Part shown: positions 24,937-38,671 of the stretch, in pieces
Position numbering within the stretch: the first letter of the stretch is position 1
Layout of the letters: the number at the start of each line of letters is the position of its first letter
Assembly (NCBI GenBank): GCA_043228905.1
Contig: JBHGNT010000009.1
Span: 22,320,001 to 22,384,000 of the forward strand
Reading direction: 5' to 3'
Length of the DNA: 64,000 nt
Source: Azolla caroliniana
Taxonomy: Eukaryota > Plantae > Polypodiophyta
Notes under the pieces: model-generated
Seen by the model: the letters and a program-made list of their open reading frames with translations, nothing else
Database searches by the model: none
Told to the model about the DNA's origin: nothing
Position numbers and translations under genes: made by a program

Positions 24937-25508
24937 ATTGGAACACCTTAGAGGGTTTATTGCAGTAAGGATAGGATGGGGTGATCTAGATGGCAATGCT
25001 TTATTTTCATATGAACATACAAATTTTGAGAAAGAGAAAGAGAAAGAGAAATTGATGATTTGGAGGTTGCTAAATTTGGAGAGGGCGCCCCCAAAATGGT
25101 CTGAATGGCCAAGTTTGGGTCGGCCCCAAAGATTCCGGGAGGGGAATCTGGAATCTCTGCTCAGAGGGGCCAGATTCTGGAATCTCTTTTCTTTTCTTTT
25201 TTTGCCTCTCTCTCTCTGTTTCTTCTCCTCCCTTTGCATCTCTGTTTCTCCTTCCTACTAATAATGCTTGGATCCTAAAAACCCTTAAAATCCATAGCTT
25301 TTTAACCTCGAAGGATCGATCGATGCAGAATCTAAGTGCCTGCATCGTTAATCCCTGCCTTCTTTTGCTTGATCCCAAATTATCTGATACACCCTGCTCC
25401 CGGTTTAAGCTTCAATGGCCTCCTCCAAAGAATTTAGGGTTTTGTGTCCTCTCTTAAACTCTATGATAAAGTGCTATTAAACCAAACTTTGTTTACTTTT
25501 TAAACTCT

Positions 25509-28376
25509 ATGATAAAAAGTATGTGTGATGCACAATCCATGAACAAACCTGTGAATGAAGAACCAGCAGAAGAAGATGGTGATGGTGATGATGATGAAAA
25601 TGAAGATGAAGATGAAGATGAAGGTGAAGAGCTCGTTACTTGGTTAGAATATCCGATCGAAGATCCCATCGAGAAGAACTATTGCCGATCGGATGGTAGT
25701 GAGAATAAGAATAAGAATAAATTGCTCGAGCTTCCATGGCCGTCTTCGTCATCGCCATCTTCAACCATAGCCAACCCTAACATTAGAAGGAAAATCCAAG
25801 AATCGCCTCCAACCATAGCCAACCCTAACATTAGACGGACAATCCAAGAATCGCCTTCAACCATAGCCAACCCTAACATTAGACAGACAATCCAAGAATT
25901 GCCTTCGACTATAACTTGGCCATCTTCTTCGTCACCTTCCATATTGAGGGACGAAAACATAAGCTCGGATTTCGGTGTGGATACTCCTCGAGATGTTATT
26001 CATAGAGAGGTTATGGGTTCAAATCCTTGTAGACTTGTTAATAATTATTGCAATGGCTATAATATTCCAAGAAATGGGCTACTCTTACAAAGATCTATAA
26101 GTGACAACGGAACATCTCTAGTTTCGGCCACATGCCATTTGAGCTCAAACCCGGCAAATCAAAGTCATTTTACCAATGTTAGAAGAACAATTCAAGAGCA
26201 ACCATCATTTACTACCAACCCTAGCATAGTAGCCAAACCTACATTAACCAACTCTTCTCTATCATTCTCCAATGTCCCCACCCCTCCTGTTGTTGTTTAT
26301 CCGACAAAAACATCTAGTAATGTGTCTTGTTGGGCATCTACTACCATGAGCAAATCGGGTTTGGGTGGACAAAGGATGTCAACATTGTCATCGATGAGAT
26401 CCAACTCTATGCCCACCTTCGAGAACAAGGTCAGGTCTTTACTAAGCTCAGAGCCTTCAATGCGAGGTTTGTCGCGTGCCTTTTTGAACCAGCTTTATAA
26501 AGCACCAAGAAAGATGCCAAAGTCAATGGGTTCAAGCCAAATATCTCAAGTTTGTAATAGTATCTTAGCTTCTGTGGAGGACAAAGTTGTCTCGAATAAA
26601 GTGACATCCCATTTATTGGCTTCTTCTAGGTCTCAATCCTTACCATCAAGGTCGGGAAACTTGCCTAATTTGGATAGTTTAGTTAGGAAGATATCTGATC
26701 CTACAATACTCTCGTCAAAAGTAGGTAGTGGATGTGACAGTTTTGTTACCGAAGTGACATCCCATTTATCGGCTTCTTCTAGGTCTCAATCCTTACCATC
26801 AAGGTCAGGAAACTTGCCTAATTTGGATAGTTTAGTTAGGAAGATATCTGATCCTACAATACTCTCGTCAAAAGTAGGTAGTGGATGTGACAATTTTGTT
26901 ACCGAAGAAACCATGCTACAAGCCACGACTTCAGACAACTATATGAGTAGTGCTAGTACCAAGGACCATCAATGTGTGGCTACCCAAAGAAGTAGTAGCC
27001 TAAGTAGTTCAACCATGATCACAAGTGATTGCCAAAGGACAATGGTGGGTGTTCCCCATAATATGAGTCCTAGACAACCAACATTGGCCTCTAGTTATGC
27101 ATGTTCACAAGCAAGTGTACTAGATGTGAGCTCTAAGGATGACAAATTCAGCAAAGGAAAGCATAAAGACAAGAATTCAAAATGCCACAATGAAGTATAT
27201 ATCCCATCGTTGTTGCTACTTACATTTTAATATCCTTAGTTATTGTTTGATTTTGACCTCCACATAATTGTAGGAATACGTGGATGATGAATCTATTGAG
27301 ATAAAACAACCACAACGAACTTCATCTTTGAAGAGGAACCGAGCTGCAGAGGTCCACAACCTTTCTGAAAGGGTAAGTGTTTAAACTAAGATTTACATAC
27401 AATATACATATTGTTAGGCATGGAACAATGTCACTTGAAGTCCTATTCATGTATTTGAAATTGCATTTCGGTCTAATTAGAATCAATGTTAGCATTATGA
27501 TTTTGTCCTCTAGAAGTTTATGATGGTCAAAATAAGGTAATGCATTCAACTAAGAAGGTATCAAATTCGCATTTGACACAGAATCGACGAAATCGAATCA
27601 ATGAGAAATTGAAGGCTTTACAAGATCTTATACCAAATTCAACTAAGGTTTGTGAAATCATGGCTTGCATTTGCATATATCTAGTCAATATTTACAACCC
27701 ATTATTTTGTTTTGTGAAACTTCAATATTTAGACAGACAAAGCTTCAGTGCTTGACGAGGCGATCGAGTACATGAAAAGATTGCAAATGCAACTACAGGT
27801 GACTAATCAATAGTGAGTTAATATTCCCAAATTACATTCCCACTTTTTTCTTAACACAAAAGAGTTTGAGTTGAGAAAAAATTTTACTTCAAACTAGATG
27901 GTTTCTATGAGGAGCGGGATAAATGTATCACCATTAATGATTCCAGTCACTATGCCACATCTACAAATGGGCCCAATTCCAAATATGGGGCTAGGGGTGC
28001 CTATAGGGCATCCGAATATTGGTAACACGGGTAAAATGTGCATGGACATGAGTGTGAGCCGAGGAACAAACCAATTAAAAAATCCATATGGAAATGGATG
28101 TGGTACTACCTCCAAATTAGGGTGCCAAGTCTCTAGTAGTGATGAATTTCCCATCGAAGCTACACCCATGGAACATAACTCACCTCAAGTATCAACTAAG
28201 GTATTAATAATATGCATTTATTTTTATATTTGTAGAATAAAAGGATTTTGATTGTGAAACCACAATGTTAGTATTTTATGCATTTGCTTATGTAGCTCCC
28301 AGAACGAGGGTATGCTGTGGTAGAATTACACCAATCTCAAGACCAAGAACAACATTTATTCTCAATGTTCCCATGA
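25509..28376 (+). CDS. bHLH transcription factor, subfamily VII (PIF/SPATULA/ALC-like)
   Basis: Exons ~25509-27194, 27274-27372, 27582-27647, 27733-27798, 27898-28200, 28296-28376 with GT/AG. The spliced bHLH reads KRNRAAEVHNLSER/NRRNRINEKLKALQDLIPNSTK/TDKASVLDEAIEYMKRLQMQLQ, with the three-intron PIF pattern. N-terminal ELVTWLEYP resembles the PIF WLxYP motif. Start and last exon less certain. Confidence 0.88.
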
Positions 28377-31300
28377 TTATGACTCATGAGAAGTACAAAT
28401 ATCATATCCCTGCATTCAACCATTGGAAGAAAGTTTTCTACACTAGCAAATAAGTACATTCTTAACCTTTATGATACCTTTTTTGTTTTGCCGATAAATG
28501 ATAGAAATTAGGTGAAACCATATAAAACCCCATGAACTTTGAAGTGTCCTTATCTTTCTTACCTCAATCAACCCTACACGTGGCGTTTTAAGTATTGGGA
28601 CAAGAGTTTGTGTATTTAGATGCCGCAAATTTTATGCCGATGATTCTTGTGGTTTAGAGGGTGAGGTCTTAAGTGGACTTGTATATAAATCAATGAGAAA
28701 TAGGGCTACTTGAGTGTGCATACAAAGATACAAAACCTTCGAACCAGTTTTACAAGAGTCGAGATGTTTTGGAGGAACCTAAATTCGTGTGATAGTATAC
28801 ACCTTAGAGAAGTTTAGGATGAACCCAAATGTGGGTGGTTCATGTATAACTAGAGTAGAATGCATGGTTCCATAAGTGATTTAGGAGGTGAGGCTTCTCC
28901 TTTGTCATTGTAAATTTTGGTGCATTCAAAATTTTGCACTATTCAAAGTTTTTGCCATGTAAATAGACAAGAATTTTGTCATTCAAGTTTTTAAAGTCAT
29001 TTCTCACAAACACCACGTTTGACTCGTGTCATATAGAATATGATTTAAATGACAAGAAAGAGTGTAGTGTTATGTTAAATGCTTGTAGGAAAATATCATT
29101 AGAAAATTGTTATTTAGCTAACACCTATTCTTTATGCTCCTATGAGAATAATCTATTGAAGTATTGTAATTTATATTGACATGTCACCTCACTAGTATAG
29201 TAGGTATGTATGTGAGATGCACTTAACTAATACGATAAGCAAGATGATTAAATTATTGAAGTGGGGAAGAGAAAGATAGTGTGCACTTGTAGAGGAGGAT
29301 AGTCATTGGAATTTTTTGGCCCGTTATGGAGAGTTATTAACCAAAGGCTTCTTATGAAGAGCTTTAGTATTGTGTTTGCTTGTTAATGAACAAATTGTAA
29401 TCTTGTGATGCTAAGAAAAGATGCTTTTATCATATTGTTAATCTAAGAAATTTGATAAATTATGTAAAAAACATTTTATGTTTGTAATCCCAATGATTAT
29501 GATTGTTTTGTAATTTTGCTTGTGTACGTCTTGTCTTGTCACTTAAACCAGACGTTTCAAAAACTTCTCTTAGATGTTTTCCATGCATCACACCCCTCAT
29601 TTTAAAAGACATCATTGTTGTAACTATGAAATGAAATTCAATTAACTATAGTATTGCCTTGCAACAACACGGGCACTTTTCTATAGCAAATTAAGGTAGA
29701 TCTTTTCCGACATTTTTCAATGCCATCTTGGTCATATCCAATGATTGTCCAAATGGGTTGTTGTTCCCAAGAATGATATGAAGAACCTTATTGATATTTG
29801 ATGAGTTCGTTATGTTTGTTTATCGCATGTTGCATGCTTGTCATGGCACATGTTCTAGTTATGTAATATAACTCCATGATTAATGGTGGAGTTTGGAGAC
29901 GGTCATATGATGCCCTCTCTCGACCATGAAGAGGACAAACAACCCCTCGGGCCATATCCTTACAACCTAGTTTGTATATTTCTATGGTTTAGTTAAATGA
30001 GCTCTAGCCCCTCGCATCTATTTTGACTAGCAACAATGCTTCTATTATGAATTGCCCTAGTTCAACGGATAACTTAACAAGATGGTGTAGATATAATCCT
30101 AGCGTTGATCTCTTCATATAAACAATAGCTTCTTGGGAAACCAAAGAAATTAACAAACAATTTGTGCTATGTTCATGTAAATTGTTTTCTTATATACAAA
30201 GTTTGGCCAAACGAGGATGTGATGTCATTGGCATTGTTCGGCACATTCTTTTACGAGTGGGTGGCGAGGTCATTGTATCATAAGAACCAAATTGAAAATT
30301 GGGAATTGAAGATACAATTTATGACGAGCAATTTCTCTACGTTTTCTTTTTCCTCAAAAGCCATGAAAGCAAGCTCAATTTAGAGTCATCAATATCTTCT
30401 TTCAGCATCCTATTAGAAGTTGCAAATCATTGATATAAATTTCAAACTAGAGATTATTTAATCTACAAAGTTAAGATATCTTGAAACTCCGAAACAACTA
30501 CGTTTTTCACGCCATATTTTGAAAGTTAAATCACATCGTAGTCCCATCATAGCTCCAATGTCAAGTTATAGAAAATCTTCAACCAACTTTAAAATATTGA
30601 AGAAATGTTCTATCGTCAAATTCAAATGTTCGAATTCAAATTGGCTAGCATTTATATCCTTACCAAGTTACCACTAGCATTTATATCCTTACCATTTCCC
30701 AATTAGTTTTCTTAAGTTTCCAATCACATACGCAAGCAAACAGCTAAACATAGGCATAGACCATGGTACTTTGCCAATTTTGGAGCCAATGAGTAAACAT
30801 TAATTTTCTGATTTAATCTTGTTGTTCATGCTCAGCTAATTGTTGAGTGGTTAGTTCATGGTCAATTTATTGAATTCTATGGGACCTTAGAAGATTGACT
30901 TGACCAATAACTCATGGAGGCAACGAATAACATCAAAATTTACACACCAATGTATGGAAAATGAATCAAGCGCAAACATTAGTGCAAAAAAAGTGGTCAA
31001 TCATTATGGGGTTGTTCACAACATTTTACGTGTTTTGATTCAAACATTAAGACTTGTCACAAAGTTGTTGTCTTTGACCTTCCCAATTTCAACTTGTTCT
31101 TCTTCAAACAAAAACTTGAACAAAAATGAGCAACCTTTACAAAGTGATCATGGCTAGTTCAAGCAAATAATGAATGATCAACTAGAATTTTGTTACTTGA
31201 TCCAAATTGATGTACATAATACAAGTTAGTAGAAATTATAGCAACCACTAGAAATTAGAGGGGATTTTCAAATTACATTATGCATTTTATATATGGTACT

Positions 31301-32500
31301 ATAGAAAACTAGATAAGAGTTGCCAAAGTGGTTGAGTGATGTACAAGAGTCGTGATTCGTGAAGATAAGATCCAAACTTGGACTAACATAGAGACTATAA
31401 AAGAATATTCTTTGCTACATATTGATGGTGTCATGATTTAAAAAATCCTAAGTAAGATGTCATGCTAAAGACGAATGAAATCCGGTGTAAATGTCAACCT
31501 AATGATTGCCCATTTTCGACATTAATTCACGAAATATAAAGATTAGCCATGATTGTTTTAATTTAAAAGATAAAAGTCAAACTCATCATAAAGAAATAAA
31601 AAAAATCAATACAATAGCTATAAACTTGATGAGTATTTTAATATACAAGACATACACGTCAACCTAAGTTCTAACGTTCTCAATTGATATCTTAATCAAA
31701 TCGTTTTGTGATGCATAATAAGCAACACAACTCAACACACATGATCGATCAATTTTGGAGCTCATTGGACATTTGTTTTGTTGTTCATATGTTCATCGAA
31801 TGTTTCCCATTTTCATTCAATACTACGCGTAAGCGTCCAAATATATTTGTGTGAATTAATTATTGTTGTTCCCATTTTTAAGACGTTGAAAGAGAAGGAA
31901 TGACAAGTACTATGAAAATCAAGTTGAATTAAAGACATGAATTTTTGTTGTTGTTGTTTGGGATTGGGATTATACAATACATCAAAGCAAGTGAACATTT
32001 TTTCAGCCGGTGTTGAATACTCGAGTTTGTGTTAGTTTGACAAATGCTAAGTGTTAAGTGCAAAAGGTTCAAGTAATATAGAATTCTTGATTGTGAAAAC
32101 AACATCATATAACTCAACTTTTATGCTTATCAACAAGGAGCATTTCTTCGATGTTCTACACGTTAAAGAGGATCTGACTAAGGCATGCAAGATATATGTT
32201 AGCAAGTGCCAAGAAGACTATGATTGATGTTCTTGTGCTCAAGAGGGTCATTTTGTCATTCATTGGACCCTAACAATGTTTGCGATAATTTTTTTGAAGT
32301 TTTAGTGTTGTGTTACATAAATCTATTGAATTTGAAACTTTGGAAGTATATATTGAATTTTTAGGTTTCTAATCTCAAGTTTTAAAAGAGAAATTTGGCC
32401 CAAACTAGAGTGTGACATTTCAATGCTTGGATAATTTATCTAAACATATTTGCTTTTGTCCGATCAAACCAAAATTCAATTGGCACAAAGTCTTTGTAAT

Positions 32501-32931
32501 TAACAATTGGCAACGTTTCGGTTTGAACTGAACTGAACCGCAAAATTATAGCTTAACAATTTTAACGGTTCGGTTCAAGTTCAGGTTTTTTTACACGGTT
32601 CGGTTCGGTTTCAACAGTTAGAAACTGCGGTTTAAATGGTTTAACGGTTATTTTTTATAATATTTTTAAGAAAAATATTAAAATTGTATTTACTTATTTA
32701 AAAAAAAACTTTTCATTTTCAAACCTTATTCTCACATTTTAGGAAAATCTTTAAATTTTTGAAATTTTATAAAATGAAATATTTTGAATTTTGAATTTTG
32801 AATTTGGACCTAAGTTGAAAACTGAAACCGAACCACGAAACTGTGGTTTTAACGGTTTGATTTTTTTTATAAATGGTTTTGTGGTTCAGTTCAGTTTTGA
32901 CATTGTTGAACCGAACCGTAGCCGATTGTTA
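32501..32931. mobile_element. Non-autonomous hAT element (MITE), 431 bp
   Basis: TIRs TAACAATTGGCAACG / CGTAGCCGATTGTTA, perfect 8-bp TSD TTTGTAAT (32493-32500, 32932-32939), subterminal AACCG/CGGTT arrays. Confidence 0.88.
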
Positions 32932-35833
32932 TTTGTAATCCAAAGGGATGAAACTCTTATCAATGCACGTGAACAAAAAGTCTTTGTGATCCAAATGGAT
33001 GAAATTCTTATCAATGCATGTGCAAAAAGTAAAAAGAACCAAGACATTATGAGCTAACGCACAAGAGGGAAGCATTTCTTCTGTTTATATTTAGATGTCC
33101 CCACCAAGCTATTCCAACGGATTAATGAACCTTACCATACTGAAATTCATAAAAGATTCCCTCATCTTTTCTATTGGATAAAAAATGGTAGGGTTGCCTT
33201 ATAAAAGGTAATCTTAACAATGATTGATCATATGCATGAGAGATGAACTACGTGGAACATCAAGGGAAATAAATTGCATACCTATTAGCTAAACCATGCA
33301 TAAAAGCCAAGCAAACTATGCTTCGAAAATGCCAAAAGTAGACACTCAATGCCCTAATGTTGTGCTAGACAATGTGAATGAAAATTGACATTTCTTGTGA
33401 AAGTTCACATTTTAAGTCATTGTTTCCACAACTACAACTACACTTATCACCTAAATGGGAAATGGGATGTCCAAAAATGAATGTGGCGTGCAACTACACT
33501 ATTGCAAGAAATGATAGGTTGGAACGGTCAAGCATGTATATGAGGTGAGTATGGTCATTATGTTGTTGATAGTCAAAATGATACTATAGGCTTTAACAAT
33601 TGAAACATTGGGCATGTATTAAATAACCAAATTGTGTAGTGTGAAGAGAGAAGCTTGGAATGATTGTCATAATAAATTAAAATTCTTTTGCTGGCAAAGA
33701 AAAGATTGTTCAATAGTAACGATGCTATCTACCAGAATAAAAACACGTTGGTGATTCTGATGCTCTTATGATTGGAGAGGAAGAAGAAAGTTTTATGCAC
33801 ACACTCACCTCGCGGATTTGGTTTTCCATGAAATGACAGATTCATGTATATACAAAAGATTCTTGCGGCAAACAAAGTAATAAATGCACACACAGCTCTA
33901 CATTTATATTTTGAACATCATTTTGCAATCATGCACTATGGCACCAATGGAATGATCATGGTAAGTGTCATTTCTTTCATGTGAGGTTGTTACACCAAGT
34001 GACGACAATATGCTTTCAAAGAAGACATTGAGTTGTGGAAGAGTAAATTATTTAGCACCATCTCATTACAATAGGGTCATAATGAGAATGGCATGTGTTT
34101 CATGATAGAAACATTTTATTAACGACTCGGTGGTTCACATACTTGAATTAAATATTTAAGTATATTAAGGAGACTAACAATTGCACACTTATGAATAGGA
34201 GAATATCATGTGATTCGCATATTGCCATTTTTAAATGAATAGAATTTGACCTGCATATTTAAGACTCAAAAGTGCCCATTGCCATCATGAAGATTAGAGG
34301 CATGGTTAGAGTTTCGTTATGTATTTTAATGCGGTCAAGGGCTTGTAAATTGTAATCATGATATTATCCCAAGGTTGTTGAAAACATTTAAATCTGTTCA
34401 ATTCAAGCATAACGGCATATCACGGAGATTGTGTTCCATGGGGTTTGAACTTTATATCTTCCATTCATTCAAAGGAAAAATGAACAAAGTGAAAACCCAT
34501 TAATGAGTTGTATTGCCCCTCAATTGTTTTGAACCATCTTGTACTGGTTAATTTAACGATGAGTCTTCAAGGGTATCTATGACTAGAATCTGGAAATTTT
34601 ATGTATTTACTTATTTCCAAAGGTTAACTTAACATTGGTCGTAGGTCATTAATGTCGTTTTTGTGTGTGCACGCATGTGCTTGGCTGGCCATAGTGGCAC
34701 AATTCATAATGAACATGATCCTACCATGTGTTGTTGCTATTTAGTGATTATGTATTTGTGCAAAGAGAATTCCTCTTACACCATTTCGTATACATACCCT
34801 TACTAATTCAGATGAATATTGTTAAGACACACCTAGTTCTTAAAATAGAAAATATATCATTTGTAATAAACAAGTTTTGATATCCAAATCACATTTTCTT
34901 ACAAAACAACTCTAAATAGTAATACATTCTACTGATTTCCTTGATCTATTAACAAAGAGTTTGCTCTTGTTATAAACACATACGACACAAAAGTTGACAA
35001 AATGACGGCACAGAATGCAAAAACTTGTGATATCAAGGAGGAACATACACGTACATTTACATGATATTATTGCCTAGTGATTTTGTAGGAACAATATTTG
35101 AGTCATTCAATATTTTCTTTCATATTATTGTTGGTCGGAGATATGGTTGTCCGTTAACAAATTTGTGAATTTAAAGTCATCCCTCAAGGACTATGTAAAT
35201 GGTTGGCTAGTAATAGAATCCATTATTCTCATCTTTATCATGCCCTTCAATTTGTAGCTTGTTCTAAGCATTCATATGGAGTTACTATTGTTATAAACAT
35301 TAGCACAAATTTTCAAGTATTTTGAATTGGATTGAAAATAATACATATTTGTAGGATGAAACAAGGTCGTAAACATGCTCTTATGAAGGCTGATGGAAAC
35401 TAGTTAGGTTAGGTCATGCAAGGATGCTATTCATTTATTGGCATCACCTTTCATTAAACAGTGATGCTATTGCTTTCACTCTTTGTACTCTGGAATATGT
35501 GATAACGTCAAGTGTTGTAAAGCCATGTGCTCGATACTCGAGCTCACTACCATCACCTCAATGTTGCAACCCACTAGCTTTATGATAACACCATTGAGTT
35601 CATCTTTTTGAGTTTTGGTATGTCAAAAAGTAACATCGATGAATTTATCTACAATAACCTATGGAGACGTTTAGTGTCTTTTATATCATGCATAGGTGAT
35701 GCTTTTGCATTGTGGTTGGGCACAAGATGTCTCGTTAAAATAACATTTAGCTTATAACAAGGTGATGGAATAGAAGATATTGGTTCACTATTTGTAGCAA
35801 CAAATGACCGTGGTATTATTTATCATGATATGT

Positions 35834-35834
<1 letters not shown>

Positions 35835-35896
<62 letters not shown>

Positions 35897-35919
35897 AAGA
35901 GAGAGACAAAGAGAGAGAG
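35835..35919. repeat. Compound (GT)n(GA)n microsatellite
   Basis: Read directly. Confidence 0.95.
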
Positions 35920-37075
35920 CGAAAACTTTAAAGTTGCATGAGATCTATGCTACAAAACAAAACCATGATAAAAACCATGTGAAATTTCTATTCAAAATAT
36001 ATCTAGATGAAAATACCTTTTCTAATGCATTAAAGTAGCTTATAGATGATGTTGTCAATGGTCTTGGGCATTAAGGTAGTTCTATTCTTGCTTCATGCTA
36101 AGGCCAAATGTATTTATGATCCTTCTCAATGATCATTCACAACTGGCTTCATAAAGTCAATCAAGGGTGAGGGAGAGAGAGACAATTGACAACTATGTAT
36201 ATGGAAGAAACAACGACATAGACACAGAAAGAGATTTGATATGAAGGATGTTAAAAATGAATGCAAAAGGCCAAAATGATACTTGTGACCAAAGTTACGA
36301 CCATTGTCTCATACATTACATATGTGTAAGATACAACTGAAACTATGTGATAGAGCCTAAATATATGCCGCAAGTAATGAGTTGCAAAGATGATGTTATT
36401 ATGCATTGTCCTCATCAGACAAGGAACATGATTATGGGGCCCAAAAACAATATAAGAGACTCTTCCTTGTTAATGCATACGACATAGCACATGGGTTCGA
36501 GCATTTTTTGCGAAAGTCGCTCTCATGCGCAAGTATAGAGCATAGATACATTGGCCTAAGAGGATGATTGGATGTGTCCACCTTGACAATGTTGTATGTG
36601 GTTGGCACATTGGGCGACTGATGATGGGAAACATTTCCATAGTAGATAACGAAATGTGCTTCACATTGTACTCCTCAAGTTTCAGAGACAAGGACGTACA
36701 GAGGGAGGGGGAGAGGAGAAGAGTAGATCAATAGGTAAAACTTTTCTAGTAAGGACAAGAAGGTCATACGTCAACACGAAAAGAGAAGGTGGGAGCGAGT
36801 TTGCACGCGAAATCTAACGTGAGCTTTTGAAGAGAGAAGACGATATCGCATAAGTGAATAAAACTTCGCGAATAGGTGGGGTCCCATAACAATAATTATA
36901 GCCTTCATGAAAGGGGGCAGGAAGGTGTAGACAAAAGGGGCCGAAGTGTCGCAAATAATACAAGACATGGATGGTGGTGGGTGGGGGTCGAATGCACACA
37001 CACATAGAGGCAAGCACATGCTAACTTTTCTCTCGACACAAGGGAATGTCAAGAGCTTGTAGGCAGGCAATGCAC

Positions 37076-37274
37076 TATGTATGCATTGTATGTATGTATG
37101 TATGTATGTATGTATGTATGCATGTATGCATGCAGGTAAGTATGAATGAATGTATGTGTGTATGTATGTATGTGTGCATGTATGTATGTATGTATGTACG
37201 TGTGCATGTATGTATGTATGTATGTATGTATGTGTGTATCTGTGTATGTGTGCATGTATGTATGTATGTATGTA

Positions 37275-37305
<31 letters not shown>

Positions 37306-37877
37306 ATGTATGTATGTATGTATGTATGCAGGTAAGTATGAATGTATGTATGTATGTATGTATGCATGCATGCATCCATATATATGTATGTAATGTATGT
37401 ATGTGTATATGCACACACACAGAGACACACAGTCTCTCTCTAGGGTCTCTGGCACACACACACTCTCTCTCTAGGGTCTGTGCTAAACAACACACACACA
37501 CACACAAACTCTCTCTCTAGGGTCTGTGCTAAACAACACACACACACACACAAACTCTCTCTCTAGGGTCTGTGCTACACACACACACACACACTCTCTC
37601 TCTCTCTCTCTCACTCTCTCTCTCTTCTCTCTCTCTCTTTCTGTGTAGGCACCAGTTAGACTAGACAGCCTTTTTGTTTTTGTTGAGATTGACACACAGA
37701 GCCTTGAAGTTGGAGACGGAGGGAGGAGAGCTTGTTGGGCACTCAAAAAACCTTCATCAATTTCTGGAGTCTTCCATGAAAGGAGAGAAATTGGAAGGGC
37801 TTTTCATTAAATTACTAGAGAGAGAGAGAAGAGAGAGAGGATTGGTCAGTGGAGTGGGGGTACAAACTCTGTGTGTG

Positions 37878-37914
<37 letters not shown>

Positions 37915-37978
37915 AGAAGAGAGAGAACAGAGCAAACAGAGACAGAGACAGAGAGAGACAGTGTGACAGAGACACAGA

Positions 37979-38009
<31 letters not shown>

Positions 38010-38010
38010 G
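37076..38010. repeat. Microsatellite complex: (TATG)n, then (CA)n(CT)n-AGGGTCTGTGCTA units, then (GA)n
   Basis: (TATG)n at 37076-37410; four CTCTCTAGGGTCT-anchored units at 37430-37580; GA tracts at 37815-38010. Confidence 0.9.
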
Positions 38011-38671
38011 AGTAAAAAGACCTGAGAGTGAGAAAGAAAGTTATATTAACAGTCTTCTAAGGCCAAATTTGGCCATCGTTTGAAGAAGTAGAGAGATGCA
38101 GACATAAACGAAGAGCAAAAAGAAAACTAACACAAGAAAAACAGAGGAGACAAAGGTTTTGCATGATTCAAGCCAAAAGAAGAAGAAGAAGAAGAAACAG
38201 AAACAGAAGAAGAAGCTGAAGAAGAAGAAGAAGAAGAAAGCAGCAGAAGAAGAAATAAGAGATAGAGATACAAAGGATCCTGCCTAAGCCTTTTATAAGT
38301 AGAGGAAAAACATCTCAGAGACAGATACCAAGAAGAGCATATCCAGAGAAGAACAGAGCAGAAGCAGGAAGTCACAAAGAAGCAGAAAATCACAAAGAAG
38401 CAGAGAAGCAGCATACTATCAAAACCAGAACAGAGTAGGGGGAAACAGATCAGAAGGCAGAGAGAGCATACATTGAAACAGAGCAGAAGAAAAACAGAGC
38501 CTACATATTGGAGAGAGATCAGAAGGCAGAGAGCTTATTCAAACAAGGAAGGAAGAAAGAAAGGGAGCCAGCATATATTGATTAAACAGAGTATATTGAT
38601 AAAACAGAGAGCATATATATTGAAGAACCACAGTATATATATATATATATATATTGAAGAAGAGCAGAGCC

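Noticed and set aside
29700-35800. Possible decayed transposase or gene in the long intergenic stretch
   Set aside because: Only short ORFs with no motif I can identify. A translated search against TE protein libraries would be needed.
36771-37520. Overlapping ORFs rich in YIHT/CMYV
   Set aside because: These are translations of the (TATG)n microsatellite.
36468-38051. Solo LTR bounded by TGTTAAT...ATTAACA
   Set aside because: Flanks TTCCT / GTCTT are not a TSD, and there is no second copy, PBS or PPT.
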